Assembly (NCBI RefSeq): GCF_004010195.1
Contig: NC_057718.1
Coordinates: 100,248,460 to 100,268,459 of the forward strand
Length of the DNA stretch: 20,000 nucleotides
Direction of reading: 5' to 3'
Source of the DNA: Chiloscyllium plagiosum
Lineage: Eukaryota
Part shown: piece by piece, positions 10,455 through 20,000 of the stretch
Position numbering within the stretch: position 1 is the first letter of the stretch
How the letters are laid out: each line of letters opens with the position of its first letter
Notes under the pieces: model-generated
Database searches by the model: none
What the model was told of the DNA's origin: nothing
Seen by the model: the letters and a program-made list of their open reading frames with translations, nothing else
Made by a program: the position numbers and the translations under genes

Positions 10455-12020
10455 CATCAGTGAAATGCTGTCACCTGCTCTGACAGTCTCGTGTGAAACA
10501 GTGCCCACGGTCAACATCACAGACATCAGAGCAGCCTTCTTAAGGGTGAACCCACAGAAAGTGACTGGCCGGATGGAGACCCCGGTTGTGCTCTCAGATC
10601 CTGTGTGGACCAGCTGGTGAGACTATCCAAACATCTTTAACCGCTCCTTACACCAACCTGAAGTTCCCACTTTCTTCAAGACCAGTGCAAAAAAAAGGTG
10701 AGGCAGTGTGCCTTAATGACTACAGCCCGGTGACTCTAAGATCCATCATTATGAAATGTTTTGAGAGTTTAGTCATGGCACATATCAAACTCCAGCCTTC
10801 CAGATTGCCTCGATCCACTACAATTCACCTACCATCACAAGTCCATGGCAGACACCATCCCCCTGGCCCTACACTCATTCTTGGAACATCTGGATAACAA
10901 AGGCACATACATCAGACTCCTATGAATTGACTATAGCCCTGCCTTCGACACTATAATTTCAACAAAACTCATCTTCAATTGTTGAGTCTTAGGACTCTCC
11001 TCCTTACTTTGCAACTGGATCCTCGACTTCTTGACCCACAGAGCACAATTAGTAAGGATAGGCGACAACCCCTCCTCCACAATAGTCCCTAACATTGATG
11101 CCCTGCAAGGCTGCATATTCAACCCCTTACTATGCTCCTTATACACTCATGATTGTGTGGCCAAATTCTGCTCTATTCCATTTACAAGTTTGCTGATGAC
11201 CACTGTAATGCTTTGGGCCTTAAACAATAACAAGACAGAGTACAGGAAAGAGATAGAGAGCTTACTGGCATGATGTAAAGACCACAATCTTTCCCTCAAT
11301 GTCAGCAAAATGAATGAGCTGATCATCGACTTCAGGAAGCAGAGTGGAGGACATGCCCCTGTCTGTATCAAAGGTGCTGAGGCAGAGATGGTCAAGAGCT
11401 TCAAATTCATAGGAGTAAAGATCATCAAACATCTGTCCTGGTCCATCCACATTGATGATACGGTTAGGAAAGCACACCAATGCCTTTATTTCCTCAAAAG
11501 GTGAAGAAAATTCAGCATGCCCAAAATGATTTATCAATTGTTATAGATGCAACATAGAAAGTGTCCTATCCAGGTGCATCACTGCTTGGTATGGCAACTG
11601 CTCTGTCCAAGATCAGAAGAAATTGCAGAGCATTGTGAACACAGCCTAGTCCACTACGTAAACCAGCCTTCCATCCACTAACTCCGCTTACAATTCCCAT
11701 TGGAAAGCAGCCAACATAATCAAAGACCCCTCCCTCCCAGTTATACTCTCGTCAATCAGGCAGAAGATTTTAAAAAAGTTTGAAAACACAAAACAACAGA
11801 TTCAAGAACAGCTGCTTTCCTGCTGTTATCAGACTTATGAACGGACATCTCATACACTAAAGTTGACCTTTCTCTGCACTCTCTCTGTAGCTGTAACACT
11901 TCATGTTGCATTCTGTTCTATTATCCTGATGTATTTATAGATAATATGATTTGCCTGGATAGCATACAAAACAACTTTTCACTGTATCTCAGTACATGTG
12001 ACCATAATAAAACCAAATCA
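10455..12020 (+). mobile_element. Rex1/Babar-type non-LTR retrotransposon, 5'-truncated, decayed RT
   Basis: Motifs [10 protein letters not shown] (decayed VNPRKAxGPDG), [74 protein letters not shown]; 3' end GTACATGTGACCATAATAAAACC. Confidence 0.85.
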
Positions 12021-12021
12021 G

Positions 12022-12460
12022 ATAATTGCATTGGATGCAGTTCAGTGAAGGTTCACTAGGCTGATTCCTAAGGTGAAGGTGTTGTCTTGCGATGAAAGAT
12101 TGAGCAGGTTGTGCCTGTACTCTTTTGGGAACAGAAGGATGAGAGATTATCTTATTGATTTTGAGGATGCTTGACAGGATAGGTGTTGAGAGGAAGTTCC
12201 CTCTTACTAGAGAGCCTAGAATGAGGGGCCAGTTTAAGGATAAGAGATCTCCCGTTTATAAGTGAGGAAGAGGAATTTCTTCTCTCAGTCTTTGGTACAC
12301 CCTTTCATATGACCTCCAGAGGCTTATTCATTAAATATATTCAAAGCTCAGTGAGACCACTGTTGGTTGACAAGGGTTATAGGGGACAGGCAAGAAAATG
12401 AAGCCTAGGCTCCATCGGGTCAAGCCATGATCTTATTGATTGGCAAGGCCGTCTTGGTGA
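12022..12460 (+). mobile_element. Old CR1 LINE 3' fragment
   Basis: GCATTGGATGCAGTTCAGTGAAGGTTCACTAGGCTGATTCC (LxAVQxRFTRLIP) and 3' UTR AGCCATGATCTTATTGA. Confidence 0.65.
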
Positions 12461-13242
12461 GATCATATTTATTATAATTTAACGATTAAAACTACTTACT
12501 CACATAGAGATAAACACTAACACTGGGGAGGTTAACTGGCTTGTTCCTGCTTTGTCATTTCTGTGTATTGCTAAGTATGGCACCAATCCACTTAAAGGCA
12601 GCTAACAACATAGCAACATGTTTTCTGCAAATATCCGTACAAAACAAAGCATATTTAAGGCAAGGTTTTATAGTTCCACTGCTTAGGTTGTAGGGCTGAA
12701 GTGGAAGTTTTTGTCTTGCCTGCACTTACCAAATGGCCAGCAGACCTCTGGGGACAAACACCCTGGTTGCTGACAGCTATCAACCAGGTACAATCTTTAT
12801 TTCTTCACTGGATGGAACTTCATACCGGGGCAGTTACATCACTGAGGAGTGAACATCCAGCAACTTAACAGCTCTTAAATAGCTCCATTCAGGATTTAAA
12901 TGATTCAAATCACTCAATGCTGAGTACGCACATGTGATGTCAAACATTTTTTGTCAATTCTTCGAAGAATGCATGTACAGGGTAACTTTTAGCTTCATGC
13001 CCTTAGAGCTGCAAGCCAGAGAGAAAATAAAATAAAAGCTTGGGAAAGTCAGTGGATGTGGAAATAATTTGAGGGCAAAACAAAGTGTTCCATTTATCAC
13101 AATCTATTTAATAAACACTTACTGATAGAAATTGATTGTGCCTTCCCTCTCTTGCCTCGAAAAATTTCACTCAGAGAGTTTTTGGTGAGTCGGAGTAAAA
13201 CGTCTTTCATCATAATAGAACCAAGATGTTTAGAATGGTAAT

Positions 13243-13449
13243 AAAAAAATTGGAGTTCCTGGAAATCTGAAACTAAAACAGAAAATGCGTAGAAATTTGT
13301 CAGGTCTGGCAGCATCTGTGGAGAGAAAGCAGGGTTACCATTGTTGAGTCCAGTAACCCTTCTTCAGGAGTCATTCATAACTTTGTTTCTCACTCCACAG
13401 ATGCTGCCAAACCTGGCAAATTTCTACAGCAATTTTGGTGTTTAGAGTT
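13243..13449. mobile_element. Older palindromic PLE-derived element (family 2)
   Basis: Imperfect inverted arms ~13271-13337 and ~13378-13449 around a decayed CUGAAGA hammerhead (minus strand, 13335-13368). Confidence 0.7.
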
Positions 13450-13499
13450 ATGACAGAGAAAGCAGAGTGTTCTCCTCCAATTGTTCAATGTAGCCTTGA

Positions 13500-13615
13500 T
13501 ATGTTTGTTTATACTGTATGGAAACTTTCACAACCACCAGATATTCCCAAGTGCTTTGCAGCCATTGAAACAACTTTGAACGTACTGTCCCTGTTGCAAC
13601 ATAGGAAACATTGCA
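13500..13615 (-). mobile_element. DeuSINE/L2-type 3' tail remnant
   Basis: CCCAAGTGCTTTGCAGCCATTGAA is antisense to the 5050-5135 segment. Confidence 0.5.
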
Positions 13616-13630
13616 ACATGAGGAAGAAAA

Positions 13631-13670
13631 TGGCCTAGTGATATTATTGTAAAACCATTAAATTAGAGAC
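13631..13670 (+). mobile_element. Head of a tRNA-derived SINE split by the PLE insertion (continues at 16151-16365)
   Basis: TGGCCTAGTGATATTAT matches the head of other copies (antisense ATAATACCACTAGGCCA at ~6683 and ~18992). Confidence 0.65.
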
Positions 13671-13705
13671 TGAGAGAAAGAGAGGACTCTGAATGCTGGA
13701 GAGTC

Positions 13706-13964
13706 AATTGTCATTGCTATTGGTCTGGAGTCACATGTAGGTTAGACCAGGTAAGGATGGCAGTTTCCTTCCCTGTCATTAATGAACCAGATTGGGTATT
13801 TTCCCTCCCAAAACAGTCATCATTAGACTCTTAATTCCAGACTTTTATTGAATTCAAATTCCACCAGAATTGAACTCAGGTCCCAGGTGTTACTTGGGAC
13901 TCTAGATTAATGAGTTAAAAAGTGTGGCGGTGGAAAAGCAGAGCATGTTAGGCAGCATCCGAGG
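13706..13964. repeat. Left arm of ~258-bp inverted repeat (partner 16099-16355)
   Basis: Manual alignment ~90% identical, including the same SINE/PLE junction and the same SINE deletions. Confidence 0.9.
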
Positions 13965-15124
13965 AGCGGGAGAATCAAGGTTTTGGGCATAAGCCCTTCA
14001 TCAGGAATGTGGCTGGGGAAGGGGTTGAGAAATAAATAGGGGGGAGAGGGTGGGGCTGGGGGGAAGGTAGCTGGAAAAGCAATAGGTGGTTGAAGGTAGG
14101 GGTGATTGTGATAGGTCAGTGGGAACAGTAGAGCAGATAGGTGGGAAGGAAGATGGACAAGAGGGTGGTGCTGAGTTGGAAAGTTGGATCTGGGGTGAGG
14201 TGGGGGGGAGGTTTGGAAATTAGTTGATGCTATGTGGTTGAAAGTTCCCAAGGCAGATGATGAGGTATTCTTCCTCTAGTCGTTTGGTGGCTTGGATTTG
14301 GCAGTGGAGCAGCCCAGGACTTGCATGTCCTTGGTAGAGTGGGAGGGGGAGTTGAAGTGGTTGGTCACATGGCGGTGGGGTTGTTGGGTGCATGTGTTCC
14401 AGAAATGTTCCCTGAAATGCTCCGCAAGTTGACATTCTGTCTCCTCGATGTAGAGGAAAACACATTGAGAGTCACAGACACAGTAGATGAAGTGGATAGA
14501 TGTGCAGGAAAATCTCTGCCAGATCCTTTGGGCCTTGGACAGGGGTGACAGGGAAGTGTGGGTACAGTTTTTACACCTCTTGCGACGGGTGTGGAGGTTG
14601 GGTTGGTGGGGAGGTGGGGGTGGCATGGACCTAACAAGTGGGAATAGTCTGTGCGGAATGCTGAAAGGAGTGGGCAGGGATATACGTCTCTGGTGGTAGT
14701 CTAGTTGTGGTTGGCAGAAATGGCAGAGGATAATGCGTTGTAACTGGATATTAGTGAGGTGGAAGGTGAGGACGCGGGGGTGTTCTATCCTTGTTGCAGT
14801 TGGAGGGGTGGGGTTTAAGGGCAGAGGTGCAGGAAGAGGAGGAGCTGTGCTGCAGGGCATTGCTGATCATGTGGGTGGGGAAATGGTGGTCCTAGAAATA
14901 GGAGGCCATCTGGGATCTCTGGGAGTGGAACTGCTCCTCCACGGAGGAATTGGGAGTAAGAGATCACATTTTACAGGTGGGGGGTGGGGGGTGGGAGGAG
15001 ATGTAGTCCAGGCAGCTGTGGGAGTCAGTGAGTTTGAAGTAGATGTCCTTGAGTCGGTTGCCAGAGATGGAGACAGAGAGGTCCAGGAAGGGGAAGAGGT
15101 GTCCAAGATGGTCTAGATGGACTT

Positions 15125-15987
15125 AGAGTCATAGAGATGTACAGCATGGAAACAGACCCTTCAGTCCAACTCGTCCACGCCGACCAGATATCCCAACTCA
15201 ATCTAGTCCCACCTGGCAGCACCCAGCCCATATCCCTCCCACCCCTTCCTATTCATATACCCATCCAAATGCCTTTTAAATGTTGCAATTGTACCAGCCT
15301 CCCCTACTCCCCTCAGGCAGCTCATTCCATACACGTACAACCCTCTGCGTGAAAGATTTGTCCCTTAGGTCTCTTTTATATCTTTCCCCTCTCATCCTAA
15401 ACTATGCCCTCTAGTTCTGGACTCCCGAACCCAGGAAAAAGACTTTGTCTATTACCTCTATAAGGTCACCCCTCCGACGTTCTAGGGAAAACAGCCCCAG
15501 CCTCTTCAGCCTCTCCCTATAGCTCAAATCCTCCAACCATGGCAACATCCTTGAAAATCTTTTCTGAACCCTTTCAAGTTTCACAACATCTTTCTGATAG
15601 GAAGTGCAGCACCTCGCATTTATCTGAATTAAACTCCATCTGCCACTTCTCAGCCCATTGGCCCATCTGGTCAAGATCCTGTTGTAATCTGAGGTAACCT
15701 TCTTCACTGTCCACTATACCTCCAATTTTGGTGTCATCTGCAAACTTACTAACTGTACTGCCTTTGCTTGCATCCAAATCATTTATGTAAATGACAAAAA
15801 AGTAGTGGACCCAGCACCAATCCTTGTAGCGCTCTACTGGTCACAGGCCTCCAGTCTGAAAAACAACCCTCGACCACCACTCTCTGTCTTCTACCTTTGA
15901 GCCAGTTCTGTATCCAAATGGTTAGTTCTCCCTGTATTCCATGAGATCTAACCTTGCTAATCAGTCTCCCATCGGGAACCTTGTCAA
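15125..15987 (-). mobile_element. CR1 (HER1-like) LINE, 5'-truncated with internal deletions, inserted in the PLE
   Basis: Antisense CTATGACT tail; SKFADDTKIGG, LQGLVLGPLLF, LERVQKRFSRML; PLE sequence resumes at 15988. Confidence 0.9.
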
Positions 15988-16150
15988 GGTCAGGATGGAA
16001 AGTGTTGGTGAAGTTGATGAACAGTTTCATCACCTTGTGGGAGTACCTTGGACCCCAGCTATACCTCCCACCTCAAACATACTCCATCCTCTTGCACACC
16101 TCGGATGCTGCCTGACCTGCTGTGCTTTTCCAGCGCCACACTTTTCGACT

Positions 16151-16365
16151 CATTAATCTAGAGAGCCAAGTAACATCTAGGACCTGGGTTCAATCCTGGT
16201 ACAATCTGAATTCAATAAAAATCTGGAATTAAGAGTCTAATGATAACTGTTTTGGGAGAAAATACCCATCTGGTTCATTAATGCCAGGGAAGGAAACAAC
16301 CATCCTTATCTGGTCTAACCCACATGTGACTCCAGACCAATAGCAATTAACAATTAGGAAGTGGA
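16151..16365 (+). mobile_element. Body of the tRNA-derived SINE interrupted by the PLE
   Basis: B box GGTTCAATCC and central CACATGTGACTCCAGACC. Confidence 0.75.
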
Positions 16366-16486
16366 AATGACACCTAGATTACATGAATAAATTTAAAACA
16401 AAATCCAGCAGATGTTTACAGCAAAATTCACAGACAGCAGTGAAATAACCAGATACTCTGCTTTTAGTATAGATGCTGAAAGTCCT

Positions 16487-16592
16487 AAATAAAAGTAGAA
16501 AATGCTGGAGAAACTCAGCTGGTCTGGCAGTACCTGTTGAAAGGGAGATAGCATTAATGTTTCAAGTCAGCTGTGATTCTTCTTCAGATCTT
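16487..16592 (-). mobile_element. Older PLE-derived terminal repeat (family 2), decayed hammerhead
   Basis: AAATGCTGGAGAAACTCAGCTGGTCTGGCAG...TTCTTCAGA; minus strand CUGAAGA...GAAAC. Confidence 0.65.
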
Positions 16593-16667
16593 TGTATCAT
16601 TGCCCTTTATCAGAACACCAAACAGCAGCAAACACTCACAATAACACTTAGCCATAGAGTCTTAGAG

Positions 16668-16795
16668 ATTCCTGATGAAGGGCTTTTGCCCAAAACGTCA
16701 ATTCTCCTGCTCCTCAGATGCTGCCTGACCTGCTGTGTTTTTCCAGCACCATTCTAATCTTGACTGATCTCCAGCATCTGTAGCCCTCACTTTTG
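16668..16795 (+). mobile_element. Solo 128-bp PLE terminus beginning at a hammerhead motif, with 15-bp TSD
   Basis: ATTC-CTGATGA-A-GGGC-TTTT-GCCC-AAAAC-GTC (GAAA changed to AAAA). Flanks CATAGAGTCTTAGAG (16653-16667) and CATAGAGTCATAGAG (16796-16810). Confidence 0.85.
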
Positions 16796-17594
16796 CATAG
16801 AGTCATAGAGCTGAGAGCTTATATTTGGGTGGTCACTCCACCAACAAATCCTCCTACATGCCGTCCCATGATTGACCAGAAGACACGCATGGTTGCAGCC
16901 ACAATGACCTTGAGGACATTCACTTTCTTGACCTAAGCCTTTGACTACCAGGAAATATCTCAAATTGGGCCATCCAGATGGGTTACTGAACTTATCTTGG
17001 CCATGCTGAGACCACCGCCTGTGGTCATACTCTGACCTCAGCTGGGTCCAGCCTCTAGGTGCCTGCCAAAATGGATGTGACCCACTGTTTCCTCATTCAC
17101 ACCCTCAAGATAGCCATTGTCCAGTCAGGTTTTGAGAGCAAGGTTGTGTGTGTAATAAACACCACTTTCAAGACATGTGTGTGGATGTGTGGATGCAATA
17201 GAAAATGTTTGGGTTTAAACAGTCTTAGCTTGTCCCAGTGATTGTATATTCCAGCAGGATCTTCTCCCGCTTTGCAGCTCCATCTTCATTCCACCCAGTT
17301 ACAAGCTCCAGACACTCACAGGTGGACACAACAGCAAACACAAGACAAACTGGAGGGAGGTGGACGAAGAAATTCTTTCTATCATGCCTAACAGAAATAT
17401 ACAGAAAGAAAAAATGCCTTACAGCATCCAAAGCTCAGGAATAACATTGGATTGACCAAATATCTTTCAGTGGAGAGCACTGCATCATAAAACGTTTGTG
17501 GTACAGATAGTGGCCATGTGCCTCAATGTGTTTGATTTGGCCAGTGACCGAGCCAGCCACTTTCCTGAATGACAGAAAGTTATGGCACTTTAGG

Positions 17595-17845
17595 TTCATA
17601 TCTGGATACCTTATTAATTGAGTCAAGGGTAGTTGCCTCCAGTTTCCGTGTAGGCAGTGAGTTCCAGATTCCAACCACCCACTGTATGAACAAAATATAG
17701 ATCCTCATCTCCATTGTAATCCTTCTACCATTTTAAATTAATGCCCACGACGCACACCCCTCACCAAGATAAATAGATCCTTCTTATCCAAGCCCCTCAC
17801 AACCCCATGCACCATTACCAAACCTCCTCTAGCCTCCATTTTTCA
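17595..17845 (-). mobile_element. Old CR1 LINE 3' fragment
   Basis: AGGCAGTGAGTTCCAGATTCCAACCACCCACTG...TTTTAAATTAATGCCC is antisense to the CR1 ORF2 C-terminus. Confidence 0.55.
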
Positions 17846-18659
17846 AATATGCTCTTGCCTTTCCATCTTGCTTTAAGAAAGCAAGAAGGGACGACACGTT
17901 ATATCACATAACAAGCATGTTTTGTTCATCAATAAATGTGTTGTCACATTTACAATTCAACTTTGGGCTGCTGAGTTGTTTGTCTTCAGCTACTTGTAGC
18001 TGATGAACATTCAGGCTACAAGAGCAGGTCAGAAACGAGAAATTCTGCAGTGACTAATCATCTCCTCATTCCCCAAAGCCTGTGCACCATCAAAGAGAAT
18101 GAGTGTGGCCCCAGATACATGGGTACACGGCCACTTGCAAATTCCCCTTCAAGCCACGCATGAATTGAACCATACCATTGTTCCTTCATTGGAGGGAAGG
18201 AACTCCCCTTCCAAATAGCCCTACAATGTCAGTTTCCAGCAAGGGGAGTGGTTACAGTGTCTATTCCAGCAACAAGATTACAGTCTAATCAAGGATTTGG
18301 TTACTGTGACTTCCCACAGGGTTAAGTGGTTGCTGTGGGAATCCCAGCAAGTGGGAATTCCAGCTGGAGAAATGTTACTGTGCAAATCCCAGGAGAAAGT
18401 ATGGTTCCAGTCAGAATTCCAGCAGAGTAGGAGGGTCAGACTGGTAATTCCAGGCAGATGATGTGCTGGGGATCCCAGCAAGGTGGATGGTTCTGACCAA
18501 ATAGCAAATGCAGCTGGGTGGGTGAGTACACTGGAATTCTTAGCTGTGTAGAAGGGTTAGAATGGAAGCCCATCAGGATAGAAGAATCCCAATGGGAGAT
18601 TTAGTTTTTCCAGAATGGTGGGTGAAAGATAAAGGGATTTCTAGATATTCGGTGGAATT

Positions 18660-19015
18660 TTTACAAAATCATTCACAAGATGTGAACATCACTAGCTGGG
18701 CCACCATTCATTGCCCATTCCTAATTGCTCAGAGGGCAGTTAAGAGGCAACCACATGGCAGTGGCTCAAAAGTCACACGTACACATGCTGGGTAAGGATG
18801 GCAGATTTCCTTCCCCAAACAGCATGAGTGAATCAGATGAGTTTTTCCTGACAATTGACAATAGTTTCATGGTCACCATTAGACTCTTATTTCCAGACTA
18901 TTATTGAATTCAAATTCTATCACCTGCAGTGTTCAGATTCAAATACAGGTCCTCAGAACATTACTTGGTTCTCTGGGTTAATAGTCTGACGATAATACCA
19001 CTAGGCCATCACTAT
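18660..19015 (-). mobile_element. tRNA-derived SINE (SlmI/MetaSINE-like), near full length
   Basis: Tail, GGTAAGGATGGCAGATTTCCTTCCC, and antisense head ATAATACCACTAGGCCA. Confidence 0.75.
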
Positions 19016-19144
19016 CACATTCCAGCAGGGTTTCTCCAGCACAATCTCCAGCAGAGTGCTGATCTCTATGTGATTCCTGGCAGGATAGAATGATCACTGA
19101 AATTCACAGGCGGGTAGAGGATCTAATTGATTTCCAGTAGCCAT

Positions 19145-19759
19145 GGGTGGATCATTATGTGATTCTAGCAACCTGGGTTGATCCGTGGTCTCAGTGTGGT
19201 GGGTGCTGTGACCCTCAGCAAAGCGGATGGGTGGATCCCTATGACCCTCACCAAGGCCGGTGGGTGGATCCCTGTGATTCTCAGACTGGCTTGTGGGAGG
19301 ATCCCTGTGATTCTCAGCAGGTGATTGGTGGATGAATCCCTGTAACCCACATTAAGGCCAGTGGGTGGATCCCTGTGACCTTCAGCAAGGCTGGATCCTT
19401 GTGATTCTCTGTACTACTGGATCCCTGTGACTCTCAGCAAGGGGTGGTGGATGGATCCCTGTGACCAACAGCAAAGCTGGTGGGTGAATCCTTGTGTTTC
19501 TGCGCTGGTATGTGAGTGGATCCCTATGATTCTCCACTGGCCTCTGGTTGGATCCCTGTGATTCTCAGACTGGTCTGTGGGTGGATCCATGTGATTCTCT
19601 GTACGGCAGAAGGGTGGATCCATGTGATTGTCAGACTGGTCGGTGGGTGGATCCCTGTGACTCTCAGACTGCTCTGTGGGTGGATCCCCATGATCCTGGG
19701 CTGGTCTGTGGGTGGATCCATGTGATTGTCAGACTGGTTTCTGGGTGGATCCCTATGAT
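19145..19759. repeat. Minisatellite, ~33-bp unit (GGGTGGATCCCTGTGATTCTCAGACTGGTCTGT), about 20 copies
   Basis: GGATCC-centred core recurs every ~26-35 nt and is most regular at 19546-19759. Confidence 0.92.
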
Positions 19760-19851
19760 GGGCAGCACGGTGGCACAGTGGTTAGCACTGGTGCCTCACG
19801 ACGCCAGAGACCTGGGTTCAATTCCCGCCTCAGGCGACTCTCTGTGTGGAG
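19760..19851 (+). mobile_element. HE1-type shark SINE 5' part (Pol III A and B boxes), interrupted by a PLE
   Basis: GGGCAGCACGGTGGCACAGTGGTTAGCACTG head; A box 19771-19781; B box GGTTCAATTCC 19815-19825. Confidence 0.85.
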
Positions 19852-20000
19852 GTAAAAACAATGACTGCAGATGCTGGAAACCAGATTCTAGATCAGTGGT
19901 GCTGGAAGAGCACAGCAATTCAGGCAGCATCCGAGGACAGGCAAAATCGACGTTTCGGGCAAAAGCCTTTCATCAGGAATAAAGGTAGAGAGCCTGAAGC
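19852..20000 (-). mobile_element. 3' terminus of a young Penelope-like element, running off the window
   Basis: 115/116 identical to the reverse complement of 353-468. Hammerhead motif on the minus strand at 19945-19980 (AUUC-CUGAUGA-A-AGGC-UUUU-GCCC-GAAAC-GUC-GAUU). Confidence 0.85.

Larger units (their letters stand above)
13671..16150 (-). mobile_element. Penelope-like retroelement, 5'-truncated, with decayed RT C-terminus and GIY-YIG endonuclease and an inverted partial terminal repeat (16099-16150); interrupted by CR1
   Basis: Minus-strand peptides FINFTNTFHPDL (~15990-16025), PFLDLSVSISGNRLKDIYFKLTDSHSCLDYISSHP (~14990-15095) and FSCTSIHFIYCVCDSQCVFLYIEETECQLAEHFREH (GIY-YIG-like, ~14400-14510). 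Decayed hammerhead at 13972-14008. Degenerate TSD 13656-13670 / 16151-16165 (12/15 match). Confidence 0.88.

Noticed and set aside
13706..16355. DNA transposon with long terminal inverted repeats
   Set aside because: No transposase and no TSD at the outer IR ends; the arms are SINE plus PLE sequence and the TSD belongs to the PLE.
19145..19759. CRISPR-like array (conserved repeat plus variable spacer)
   Set aside because: The variable parts are only ~10-15 nt and related to each other, there are no cas genes, and the context is vertebrate retroelements.
19760..19830. tRNA gene
   Set aside because: A and B boxes are present, but the sequence continues as an HE1 SINE and I cannot build a canonical cloverleaf.
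19548..19982. 144-aa ORF and overlapping repeat ORFs
   Set aside because: Runs through minisatellite, HE1 and PLE; an artefact of the 33-bp period.

Overview
Eukaryotic, repeat-saturated intronic or intergenic DNA, most likely from a shark. The inference rests on an HE1-type SINE head and HER1-like CR1 LINE tails, recognised from memory rather than by search. No intact protein-coding gene is supported; the listed ORFs are decayed retroelement fragments or repeat artefacts. Contents: several CR1 LINE fragments (two nested insertions), a Rex1/Babar-type LINE, L2 remnants, many tRNA-derived SINEs, a ~33-bp minisatellite, and about eight Penelope-like element (PLE) termini in two families. Each family carries a minimal type I hammerhead ribozyme motif (CUGAUGA or CUGAAGA core). 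Three PLE insertions have ~15-bp target-site duplications and three are palindromic. The most unusual structure is the PLE at 13671-16150, where ~205 bp of its own right flank has been copied, inverted, into its left terminus, giving ~258-bp inverted repeats around ~2.1 kb. A few good minus-strand splice-site pairs may mark exons of an unidentified transcript (low confidence). Boundaries of old repeats are approximate.
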